From the NCBI GenBank assembly GCA_050952625.1, contig JBMNLH010000001.1:640001-704000 (forward strand): a stretch of 64,000 nucleotides of DNA, written 5' to 3'. The notes under the pieces are model-generated. The model ran no database searches. It saw only the letters and a program-made list of their open reading frames with translations, and was not told the DNA's origin. Origin of the DNA: Bacillota bacterium (GTDB lineage: Bacteria; Bacillota; Ch66; Ch109). Positions 1 to 8,437 of the stretch are shown here, piece after piece (position 1 is the first letter of the stretch; every line of letters begins with the position of its first letter). Made by a program: the position numbers and the translations under genes.

Positions 1-1480
1 CTACGATGAAGGGCTAATGACCGGTTTTGAGACGGGCGAGTTTAAACCATTCGATCCCTTTACTCGAGCCCAGGCTTGCGCTTTATTATGTTTGTTTCTA
101 GACAAAAAGGACGGTCAACAGGTGGGGACCCCGCCAACCAATCAGTCCGGGATTACGATAGACCCGGAAAAAGACAACCTAACGGCGGTCCAGGTTTATG
201 ACCAGGCTTACCCAATTGGCAGTAACTCCATAGTTTTTAAAACTGATACTAGAGAAATCAAAGCGAGCACTATTTCCCTAGTCAATGAAAGCATCTACCT
301 TAACTATGCCAACCGGTTTGCTTTGAACAGCAACCTCGATAATCTCGAGATAATCATTAACAATAATCGTTTTGGGGTAAGTAAATTATTAGTGGCGAAT
401 AAGCATTTAGTGGTTATCCCAACCTACTGGAAGATAAGTACCTTAAATCTTGATGGCCGCAAATATAACCCGGATTTTATCGATTTATATGTTGGGACCG
501 AGAAAAGTGAATACCTGGCGGAAGTTGGAGTCATCGATGCTTATACCCTGAGATTGGGCGACCGGACCTATGATTTAAGACAGGATCAACTAACTGTTGA
601 TGTGAATGATAAATTCTACCTTATTAAAAAGGTGATCATAAGGACCGACGCGGATACATACTTTGAATTGGCAGAAACCGAGCCAGTGGTTATAAAACGG
701 CCAGACATAACCAATATTTCAGCCATTATTGCCCGGGGCAGTAGTTTAGATTTAGATAATATAAATAATTTGTTTTTTATTATTAATGGAAGCAAGTATT
801 ATTTCAACCAATGCAGTATTGATGGGGTCGGGAACTTTATCGTTGACCAAAAAACCTATTCACCCGACCAAGTATTTATGCTAATCGACGGTGATTGTTA
901 TCAGCTTAACCAGGTGGTCAAGCTGCCGAACAGCAAGATTATTATCTATTGTGATGCTGTCTATCAAACATGGGTAAAAATAAATGACAAATACCTGGAT
1001 GCCAATGGTGTCCTCATCCTGATGGATGATAATGTTTATGATCTAAATGAAGTAATCGTCGTGGACCGGGATTTAGTCCGCATTAAAGGAAGGCAGTACG
1101 AATTAGATTCGACTTTTAAATGTCGGATTAATAATCAGACCTTTAATATTGATGAAATCGATTACGACCCAACAATGGATCTAGTCACTATTGAGACCTC
1201 TGCCTATAGCAGTGATTTTCAGCAGCCAGTAAAGTACAATTTCTATTTAGATAACTCAATTTACCAGCAAGGTCTTGAGGATGTAACCATCTATGTTGAG
1301 GATAGTTGGCGAAACTTTAATTACATCTATATCATTGATCCGGCTCATTATCGCTATAACAACATTACCTATAAAATGATTGGATCACGGATCAGGATTG
1401 ATGGCGAACGATTTGAGGTGATAGACACTGCCTGGAGAGGAGCCACCCAGGTATTTGATTTGTATCTAAAAGCAATTTAG
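1..1480 (+). CDS. S-layer homology (SLH) domain surface protein with degenerate beta-rich repeats; 5' end lies before the window
   Basis: Frame is open from base 2 (YDEGLMTGFETGEFKPFDPFTRAQACALL), which matches the SLH motif (G..G...G.F.P...TRAE/Q). Followed by a Pro/Thr linker and repeated beta-strand-like units. Confidence 0.75.
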   Translation, partial: YDEGLMTGFETGEFKPFDPFTRAQACALLCLFLDKKDGQQVGTPPTNQSGITIDPEKDNLTAVQVYDQAYPIGSNSIVFKTDTREIKASTISLVNESIYLNYANRFALNSNLDNLEIIINNNRFGVSKLLVANKHLVVIPTYWKISTLNLDGRKYNPDFIDLYVGTEKSEYLAEVGVIDAYTLRLGDRTYDLRQDQLTVDVNDKFYLIKKVIIRTDADTYFELAETEPVVIKRPDITNISAIIARGSSLDLDNINNLFFIINGSKYYFNQCSIDGVGNFIVDQKTYSPDQVFMLIDGDCYQLNQVVKLPNSKIIIYCDAVYQTWVKINDKYLDANGVLILMDDNVYDLNEVIVVDRDLVRIKGRQYELDSTFKCRINNQTFNIDEIDYDPTMDLVTIETSAYSSDFQQPVKYNFYLDNSIYQQGLEDVTIYVEDSWRNFNYIYIIDPAHYRYNNITYKMIGSRIRIDGERFEVIDTAWRGATQVFDLYLKAI

Positions 1481-1549
1481 AACTAGACCGATTTTCCTCC
1501 TGTTAGCGGGTAGCTAAGAAGTAAGTGAGCTTTCCGTTATCCACAGCTC

Positions 1550-1616
1550 AGATAAGGTAATAATACTTGCTGTTGCGAGAGTATCTGGCTCAGTGGGTAT
1601 TATTACTACCTTATCT
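1550..1616. repeat. Long imperfect inverted repeat (stem-loop), possible terminator
   Basis: AGATAAGGTAATAATACTTGCTG (1550-1572) pairs with CAGTGGGTATTATTACTACCTTATCT (1591-1616). Confidence 0.55.
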
Positions 1617-1721
1617 TATTGCGACATCCAATAGCACTATATTGAAGGTAGTGTTAAAATTAAGGTATACTGTTAAGCATGTGATTGTTATTTTATTCAC
1701 CAAAGGAGCTAGATTTTTTAG

Positions 1722-2450
1722 ATGATTGAAGTGAGCGGGGTCTCTAAAAGTTATAGCCGGGGAGCAGTTAAGGCGGTAGACCAGGTTGATCTCACGATTC
1801 AAGATGGCGAAATATTTGGGTTCTTAGGACCCAATGGGGCCGGTAAGACCACTTTAATTAAGATGATTACCGGGATCCTGAATCCTGATACCGGAACTAT
1901 CAAAATAAATGGCCGCGATATTCAAAAAGAACCGGTCGAAGCTAAGCTGCAGTTAGGATTCGTGCCAGATGACCCCAACATGTTTGCCCGTCTGACCGGG
2001 ATAGAATACTTGAACTTTATGGCAGACATGTATCACGTGCCGAAAAAAGTCAGGCTGACGCGAATGCAAACTTTGCTGGAGCGATTTGACATGGATAAAG
2101 CCGTGCGGGATAGTATTCAGAGCTATTCCCACGGCATGAAACAAAAGATTATCGTCATTGGTGCTTTGTTGCATAATCCGCCGGTTTGGATCTTAGATGA
2201 ACCAATGACCGGCCTGGACCCTCGCTCATCCTATGTCTTAAAAGAAATGATGCGGGAACAGGCTGATGCCGGGAAAACAGTCTTCTTTTCGACGCACGTG
2301 CTTGAAGTCGCGGAAAAGATCTGTGACCGAGTCGCCATTATTAATAAAGGCAAGGTTATTTTTAGTGGGACCATGGAGGAAGTTCAGACCCACTTACGGA
2401 AGAATCAGTCGCTGGAAAATATGTTTTTGGAGCTAACAAAAAATGAGTAG
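1722..2450 (+). CDS. ABC-2 type exporter ATP-binding protein
   Basis: Walker A GPNGAGKT, signature YSHGMKQK, Walker B ILDEP, H-loop STH; SD AAGGAG upstream. Confidence 0.95.
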   Translation: MIEVSGVSKSYSRGAVKAVDQVDLTIQDGEIFGFLGPNGAGKTTLIKMITGILNPDTGTIKINGRDIQKEPVEAKLQLGFVPDDPNMFARLTGIEYLNFMADMYHVPKKVRLTRMQTLLERFDMDKAVRDSIQSYSHGMKQKIIVIGALLHNPPVWILDEPMTGLDPRSSYVLKEMMREQADAGKTVFFSTHVLEVAEKICDRVAIINKGKVIFSGTMEEVQTHLRKNQSLENMFLELTKNE

Positions 2451-4125
2451 ATTTATCAGTTTGGTTAGGATCCTGCTCATCAGCAGTTTTGGTTTTTCCA
2501 GTCTGAAGGCCAGAGCGAGGAACAATCGGCTTGAGTATTTGAAAGTCCTGGGAATCGGAGCGGTCATTGTGGTCGGGCTTACCCCGGCCATGACCATGTA
2601 CGTTAAGCTGTTGAACCAGGGCTTTGATCTCACGGCTCCGCTTGGTCTATCCGGGGCAATTATTTCTTTGGGCCTTGTCCTGGTTAGTACCATGATCTTA
2701 TATTTTGGTGTGTTTTATGTGGTCAATACCTTTTACTATGCCAGCGATAATGATTTTTTGTTAGCCTTGCCATTAAGACCGTGGCAGGTGCTGGGAGCCC
2801 GTTTTATGGTGGTTTTATTATATGAATACTTAGTGGTATTACCATTACTATTGCCGCCTCTTTTGATTTTTGGGGTAAAAAGCGGGGCCCCGTTTAGTTA
2901 CTGGATCTACGCCGGAATTGGCTTTTTGTTGGTTCCACTGGTACCCTTGGCCTTGGCTTCTCTGCTGACAGTGCTGGTTATGCGTTTTACCAACCTGGGT
3001 CGGCGCAAAGACTTGTTCCGTATCCTCGGGGGAATTCTGGTTATTTTCTTAGCGGTTGGGGTCCAGTTCTTTTTCCAGAAGGCCGGGCCAAATTCAATGG
3101 ATCCGGCGTTTCTCCAAAATTTATTAACCAACCCAGACAGCTTGATTAATGTCATCAGCCGGTATTTTCCGACCACTCAGTATCTAAGTTTGGCTTTAGT
3201 GCACAGCTCAACCTTAACCGGCTTGCTTAATCTCTTATATTTTGTCGGTTCCTCTTTAATCGCCGTCGCTGTTACCTGGTGGGTGGGAGAGAAATTGTAT
3301 TACCGGGGTTTGGTCGGCTCAGGGGAAACCGCGGTGAAGCGAAAAACTCCGCGCGGGTCCGACTATCAACGGTTAGTTAAGGTGTCGCCTTCTTGGTGGG
3401 CCTATCTGCTGAAAGAGCTGCGGCTGCTGGTTAGGACCCCGGCCTATTTCATGAACTGTGTTTTGGCGACTTTCCTGGTCCCGGTCTTTATGGCCCTTCC
3501 GCTGATACTGCAATCAGGTCAGGCTGAGGAACAACAGATACCCTGGGAAAGCTTAGCCCAGTATCCTCGTTTTTCCGTAATGCTCCTAGCGATTATCAGC
3601 GGTATTGCTGTGTTTATGGCAGTGGCGAATGGAATTACCGCTACCTCGCTTTCCCGCGAGGGAAAACAGTTTTATATCTCTAAATACATTCCGCTATCTT
3701 ATAAAAAACAGATTCAGGCTAAGCTGCTGTCCGGCTTTATCTTTAGCATTATTGGTGTTCTGCTGACTTTCCTGGCTATGGGATTTTTGCTCAGAGTTAA
3801 ATTTTATCTGATCAGCATGATTCTGGGAATAACCTTGGTGGCCATTCTGCCCGTGTTAGAAATTGGTCTGCTGGTGGATATCTATCGGCCAAAACTGGAC
3901 TGGGATAATGAGCAAAAAGCGGTCAAGCAGAATCTGAATTATTTAATCGCCTTAGTGTTTTCTCTTCTTTTAAGCGGGAGTATTATTTATCCGGTTATTA
4001 AATACTTTGATACCTTTCTTTCGGCGGGAATTTTTATGCTTATCGCCTACGGTTTGGCGACGATAGCCTTATACATGGTACTGATGACTAAAGGAGTAGC
4101 CCGGTATCGAAAATTGGAAGGATAA
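2443..4125 (+). CDS. ABC-2 type exporter large permease (about 12-14 TM)
   Basis: Highly hydrophobic 560 aa ORF overlapping the ATPase stop; motifs LLALPL, SLSREG, PKLDW. Confidence 0.85.
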   Translation: MSRFISLVRILLISSFGFSSLKARARNNRLEYLKVLGIGAVIVVGLTPAMTMYVKLLNQGFDLTAPLGLSGAIISLGLVLVSTMILYFGVFYVVNTFYYASDNDFLLALPLRPWQVLGARFMVVLLYEYLVVLPLLLPPLLIFGVKSGAPFSYWIYAGIGFLLVPLVPLALASLLTVLVMRFTNLGRRKDLFRILGGILVIFLAVGVQFFFQKAGPNSMDPAFLQNLLTNPDSLINVISRYFPTTQYLSLALVHSSTLTGLLNLLYFVGSSLIAVAVTWWVGEKLYYRGLVGSGETAVKRKTPRGSDYQRLVKVSPSWWAYLLKELRLLVRTPAYFMNCVLATFLVPVFMALPLILQSGQAEEQQIPWESLAQYPRFSVMLLAIISGIAVFMAVANGITATSLSREGKQFYISKYIPLSYKKQIQAKLLSGFIFSIIGVLLTFLAMGFLLRVKFYLISMILGITLVAILPVLEIGLLVDIYRPKLDWDNEQKAVKQNLNYLIALVFSLLLSGSIIYPVIKYFDTFLSAGIFMLIAYGLATIALYMVLMTKGVARYRKLEG

Positions 4126-4149
4126 CGTAGTGAATCATAATCGTAGAAT

Positions 4150-4262
4150 CCTGGTATTGTCCGAGCCCCGCAGGGCGAGTTTGATGACTGCCCGAAGCAG
4201 TTGGCGTTCATTTCGAGCCAGTCTGCTGACTGTAGTTGCAACACGAGCGTAGATTATTTTTA
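4150..4262 (+). repeat. Dispersed palindromic intergenic element, family A (3' part)
   Basis: Aligns by eye with 36340-36450 (GAGCCCCGCAGGGCGAGTTTGATGACTGCCCGAAGCAG...AGTCTGCTGAC...AACACGAGCGTAG). Confidence 0.8.
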
Positions 4263-4306
4263 GAGTAAGTTACATATGGAGTAAGACACAAATAAGGAAA
4301 GCACTG

Positions 4307-5095
4307 ATGATGCAGCCAGAGTTGTTTAAACAAATGGAGCGGACTGAGCGACTGGTTGGCCGGGACGGTCTGAAAAAACTGCACTCCAGCCGGGTTGCCG
4401 TCGTCGGTTTGGGCGGAGTAGGATCATTCGCTCTGGAAGCCCTGGTCCGGGCCGGGATTGGCAGTTTGGTCCTGGTGGACCACGATGTGGTTGAACTGAC
4501 TAACCTCAATCGGCAACTGTTGGCCCTTCATTCCACCCTGGGACTGCCCAAGGTAGAGGTAGCCCGGCAACGGGCTTTGGACATCAATCCTCAGGTAAAA
4601 ATCGATGCTTGGCCAATTTTTTGCGGACCGGATAACTGTCGGGAATTGCTAAGTGGTCAGCTAGATTATGTAGTAGATGCGATTGATGTTGTCGCGTCCA
4701 AGGTGGCCTTGCTTAGGACCGCTCGGGAGCTAGACCGGCCGGTCGCCTCCAGTATGGGAATGGGCAATAAATTGGACCCAACAGCCCTGCGAGTCGCAGA
4801 TATTAGTGCCACTCAGGTCTGCCCTTTGGCCCGGGTGATTCGCCGGGAATTGCGCCGTTATGGCATTGTGACCGGGATCCAAACGGTCTTCTCGATTGAA
4901 CCCTCGCTCAAAGAAACAGCCCAAAGTATAACGCGCGTAGAGTCTGATTCAATTAAAGGTTTGGCTTTTAATGCCGCTCTAATCTCCGGACCGCGAATTG
5001 GACCGGGGAGTATCTCTTATGTGCCGTCAATAGCCGGGCTGATGTTAGCTGGGATTGTCATCCGGGGATTGTTAGGTCTTGATCAGGACAATTGA
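4307..5095 (+). CDS. tcdA: tRNA threonylcarbamoyladenosine dehydratase (ThiF family)
   Basis: GLGGVGS nucleotide-binding motif, TNLNRQ, DAID, SMGMGNKLDP, CPLARVIR, GSISYVP. Confidence 0.9.
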   Translation: MMQPELFKQMERTERLVGRDGLKKLHSSRVAVVGLGGVGSFALEALVRAGIGSLVLVDHDVVELTNLNRQLLALHSTLGLPKVEVARQRALDINPQVKIDAWPIFCGPDNCRELLSGQLDYVVDAIDVVASKVALLRTARELDRPVASSMGMGNKLDPTALRVADISATQVCPLARVIRRELRRYGIVTGIQTVFSIEPSLKETAQSITRVESDSIKGLAFNAALISGPRIGPGSISYVPSIAGLMLAGIVIRGLLGLDQDN

Positions 5096-5360
5096 ACCAG
5101 TATGTTGAGCTGGATTATGCTAAATTTATGGATCTAGCTGTTTGAGCATTAACCCGTAACAGCGGCTTAGTTCCCAGTATCACCTCATTAATAATAATAG
5201 ATAATTAATAACTAATTGGAACAATATGTCGTTATCGTATACCTTTCTAATCCTTAGGACGTTATTATTTAGGGGTATATTTTAGAAGTAAATGTTTTTA
5301 TAATAGAGTTCGAGGTTTTAGAATATATTTGTTTCTTGTTATTTATAGTTGTGTTTTGTC

Positions 5361-5390
5361 TGAAGGGTTTGGCGTGGGATTGACGTCTAA
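5361..5390 (+). promoter_or_regulatory. ECF sigma factor-type promoter (SigW/M/X-like)
   Basis: TGAAGG-N17-CGTCTAA immediately upstream of the SD of the Yip1 gene; resembles TGAAAC-N16/17-CGT(C/A). Confidence 0.55.
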
Positions 5391-5410
5391 TAAAGCAAGG
5401 AGGGTTTTTT

Positions 5411-6157
5411 GTGGGTCAAATTAATGAGCCGGTAATGGGGGACGCGGGAAACACGCCGGAATCAGGAAATCGTGGGTTAAACTTTTGGCAGCGTTTATGG
5501 GGAGTAATTGCTTCACCCGGGACGGCCTTTCAGGACATTGCCCAAAAACCGACTTTTTGGGGAATCCTGCTGGTGCAGCTGCTTATCGGAGGTTTTTTGG
5601 CCTGGTTAACGTCACCTAAACTACAAGAGTATACCAGAATAACCTTGGAGAAAACTGGCCAGAGTCAGAGTATGCCGCCGGAGATGCTGCAGCTTACCCT
5701 GCAAACGATCCCTATTCAGGCGGTAATCGCGGCTGTAATTCTACCGGTTATCCTTTGGTTGATTGAAGCGGGATTGATTAAGCTGTACGCCCAGTTTACC
5801 TTGGGTGCCGGCACCTTCCGTCAGTTGTTTGCCGCTGCCGTTTGGGCTGGGATACCGACCTTGATCGGCGGAATCGTGCAGACTGTCTTGGTGATGATGA
5901 CTACGGCCGAGAATTTGGTGCATGTTCAAACCAGTCTGGCTCTTCTTTTGCCCAAGACTCAGACAGAGAGTTTTCTCTACCTCTTTCTGTCCCAGATAGA
6001 TTTCTTTACTGTTTGGAGTCTTATTTTACTAGCTATCGGGGCTGGGGCAGTGCTGCAGCAAAGCCCCAGGAAGGTGGGAACCTATCTGTTTATTCTTTGG
6101 TTATTGCTAGCCATAGGGTTGGCTAGTGTGGGCAGCTTCTATGCGGGTCAACTTTAA
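5411..6157 (+). CDS. Yip1-domain membrane protein (YknW-like)
   Basis: FWQRLWGVIASPGTAF...IDFFTVWSLILLAIG pattern, about 5 TM; first gene of an MFP-ATPase-permease operon. Confidence 0.8.
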   Translation: MGQINEPVMGDAGNTPESGNRGLNFWQRLWGVIASPGTAFQDIAQKPTFWGILLVQLLIGGFLAWLTSPKLQEYTRITLEKTGQSQSMPPEMLQLTLQTIPIQAVIAAVILPVILWLIEAGLIKLYAQFTLGAGTFRQLFAAAVWAGIPTLIGGIVQTVLVMMTTAENLVHVQTSLALLLPKTQTESFLYLFLSQIDFFTVWSLILLAIGAGAVLQQSPRKVGTYLFILWLLLAIGLASVGSFYAGQL

Positions 6158-6239
6158 TTTTAGGAATCCAAAGTCTATATCTTTATTTAGCCTAAGAACA
6201 CAGCCACCTATGAAAATAGCGGGAGAAGGGACGATTGTA

Positions 6240-7556
6240 GTGCAGCAATCTACGACTAATCTTCAGGCAGCGGATTCATCTTTGCAATCACCAAAACAAA
6301 AAGGAAGACGTGGCCGTCAAATATTGATTGTCGCCGGTATTTTACTGGCGATCGGTCTGCTTGTAGGGCTGAATATGTACCGGCTGTCCCAGAGAGACGA
6401 GGTGCCGGTTAAGGTAGATAAGGTAGAGGAAGGACGTATTGAGGCGCGGGTTTTTACCTCCGGTAAGGTCATAGTCCGTGATCAGGAAGAGGTTTATGCC
6501 ACTACTAGTGGCATAGTTCAAACAGTTTTAGTGAAACTAGGAGATCTGGTTGAGGCCGGTCAGCCCCTGGTTCAAATGAAAGACGAAGAGTTTGCGCTGG
6601 CGGTAAGGCAAGCGGAAGCTAACTTAACTGCCGCCCAGGCTAACTTGGCTCGGGCTAAAGAGGCTACTGGTCCAGCGGAAATTGTCCAAGCGGAAAACGC
6701 TTTGACCCAGGCCGAGGCTAACTTGGAAAATGCGCGCCAGCGGCTGGAACGCAACCAGATTCTCTATGAGCAGGGAATAGTTTCAATCCAGGAGTTGGAG
6801 GCCTTACAATTAGAGGTAGAGATTAAACAAGCGCAATACGAGGCAGCGTCCAAGCAGTTAGATACTGCCCGCAACGGAGTCCAGTCTTCATTACGCGCCC
6901 TAGAGGCCCAGGTAGCTCAATCTGAGACCGCTCTGGCTTTGTCTCGCAATCAGTTAAACCAGGCAACCATTGTTACTGGACAAAGTGGTCAGGTACTCCA
7001 GTTAGATGTGGAAAAGGGTCAGTTTGTCTCGCCGGGGAAATTGGTTGCTGTCGTGGGGGACATAAAACAACTAGAGGTTCAAGCTGAGCTAAGTGAAGCA
7101 GATGCAGCTCAAGTCAAGGTTGGACAAACAGTTGAGATTACCGCCGATGCCTTGAGCAAAGCGAAGTTTTTTGGCGAAGTCAAGGAAATTTCTCCTCGAG
7201 CCATTGCTCGATCTAGTGGGCAAGGAGAACAGACTTTAGTTCCGATAGTGGTGGCCGTAATAGGAGATACTGCCTTGCGGCCTGGATATAATGTTGATCT
7301 CGATATTATTACCGGCACAGCGGAAAACGCCCTGCTGGTTCCCTATGACGCGCTAATTGAGCAAGAGGATCATACTGAAGTACTGGTCGTTCAAGAAGGG
7401 GTTATTCAGCACAGAACGGTGACTACTGGCTTGAGTGATGAGCAAAGGGTCCAGGTTCTTACTGGCTTGCAACCAGGGGAAACCGTAGTGTTAAACCCTG
7501 ATGATGATTTAGCAGACGGAACTGCTGTAAAGGCGACTCCATCTGGGATAGATTAA
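6240..7556 (+). CDS. Efflux membrane-fusion (periplasmic adaptor) protein, YknX/MacA-like
   Basis: N-terminal TM, lipoyl motifs (VKLGDLVEAGQPL; VEKGQFVSPG), long coiled coil, GLQPGETVV. GTG at 6240 chosen from the SD; start uncertain. Confidence 0.9.
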   Translation: MQQSTTNLQAADSSLQSPKQKGRRGRQILIVAGILLAIGLLVGLNMYRLSQRDEVPVKVDKVEEGRIEARVFTSGKVIVRDQEEVYATTSGIVQTVLVKLGDLVEAGQPLVQMKDEEFALAVRQAEANLTAAQANLARAKEATGPAEIVQAENALTQAEANLENARQRLERNQILYEQGIVSIQELEALQLEVEIKQAQYEAASKQLDTARNGVQSSLRALEAQVAQSETALALSRNQLNQATIVTGQSGQVLQLDVEKGQFVSPGKLVAVVGDIKQLEVQAELSEADAAQVKVGQTVEITADALSKAKFFGEVKEISPRAIARSSGQGEQTLVPIVVAVIGDTALRPGYNVDLDIITGTAENALLVPYDALIEQEDHTEVLVVQEGVIQHRTVTTGLSDEQRVQVLTGLQPGETVVLNPDDDLADGTAVKATPSGID

Positions 7557-7598
7557 TTTGAAGGTATAATTTGAAGGTATTAGGAAGAGGTAATTAAA

Positions 7599-8327
7599 TT
7601 GATCTTCCTCCAAGAAATAACCAAAATTTATGATGTTGGCTCCCAGCAGGTTCGAGCCCTGCGTAAGATTAACCTCAATGTTCAGGCCGGAGAATTTGTG
7701 GCCGTAATGGGTCCGTCCGGTTCCGGCAAATCAACGCTCATGAATTTGATTGGTTGCTTGGACCGGCCAACGGCCGGCTCTTACCGGTTGGAGGGGCAGG
7801 AGGTTGCCCACCTAGGGGAGCCGGAATTAGCCCGGGTGCGGAACCAAAAGATTGGGTTCGTTTTTCAGACCTTTAACTTGCTCCCCCGGTTAAATGCCCT
7901 GCGTAACACGGAACTCCCGATGCTTTACGCCGGGGTACCGCCAGGAGAACGTCGGGAACGAGCCCTTAAAGCCCTGGCTGAAGTAGGCTTAGCCGAGCGA
8001 GTTAATCACCGGCCAAATGAACTCTCCGGCGGTCAGAAACAAAGAGTCGCTATTGCTCGGGCTTTAGTTAATAAACCGTCCATTCTTCTAGCCGATGAGC
8101 CAACCGGCAATTTGGATACCCGTTCGGGTGAAGAGATTATGGCCATTTTTCAGGAATTGAATCAGCGAGGGGTAACAATTGTGCTGGTTACGCACGAACT
8201 GGAAATTGCCCAGCACGCTAGTCGGATTGTTCGGTTTCGGGACGGCCGACTGGTCAGTGATGAACCGGTCACTAACCCGATCTCAGCCGAAAAGCGATTA
8301 GCCGAGATGCCCTTGGAGGAAAGCTAA
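7599..8327 (+). CDS. ABC transporter ATP-binding protein, MacB/YknY/LolD family
   Basis: [34 protein letters not shown]. Confidence 0.95.
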   Translation: MIFLQEITKIYDVGSQQVRALRKINLNVQAGEFVAVMGPSGSGKSTLMNLIGCLDRPTAGSYRLEGQEVAHLGEPELARVRNQKIGFVFQTFNLLPRLNALRNTELPMLYAGVPPGERRERALKALAEVGLAERVNHRPNELSGGQKQRVAIARALVNKPSILLADEPTGNLDTRSGEEIMAIFQELNQRGVTIVLVTHELEIAQHASRIVRFRDGRLVSDEPVTNPISAEKRLAEMPLEES

Positions 8328-8437
8328 TCTCAGCAGTTTAAAGCGACTTGTCACATTGTTTATCATATGGCAGGTTGTTGGGGTGGGAGGTGAACGGGCC
8401 GGACTGCGTAGACTTAAGCGGTCCGTCCCGCTAATAA

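Noticed and set aside
1537-1545. Perfect DnaA box TTATCCACA as a possible origin
   Set aside because: Single box, no cluster, no dnaA/dnaN context.
7554-7580. Direct repeat TAATTTGAAGGTA x2
   Set aside because: Short local duplication in a small intergenic gap with no evidence of function.
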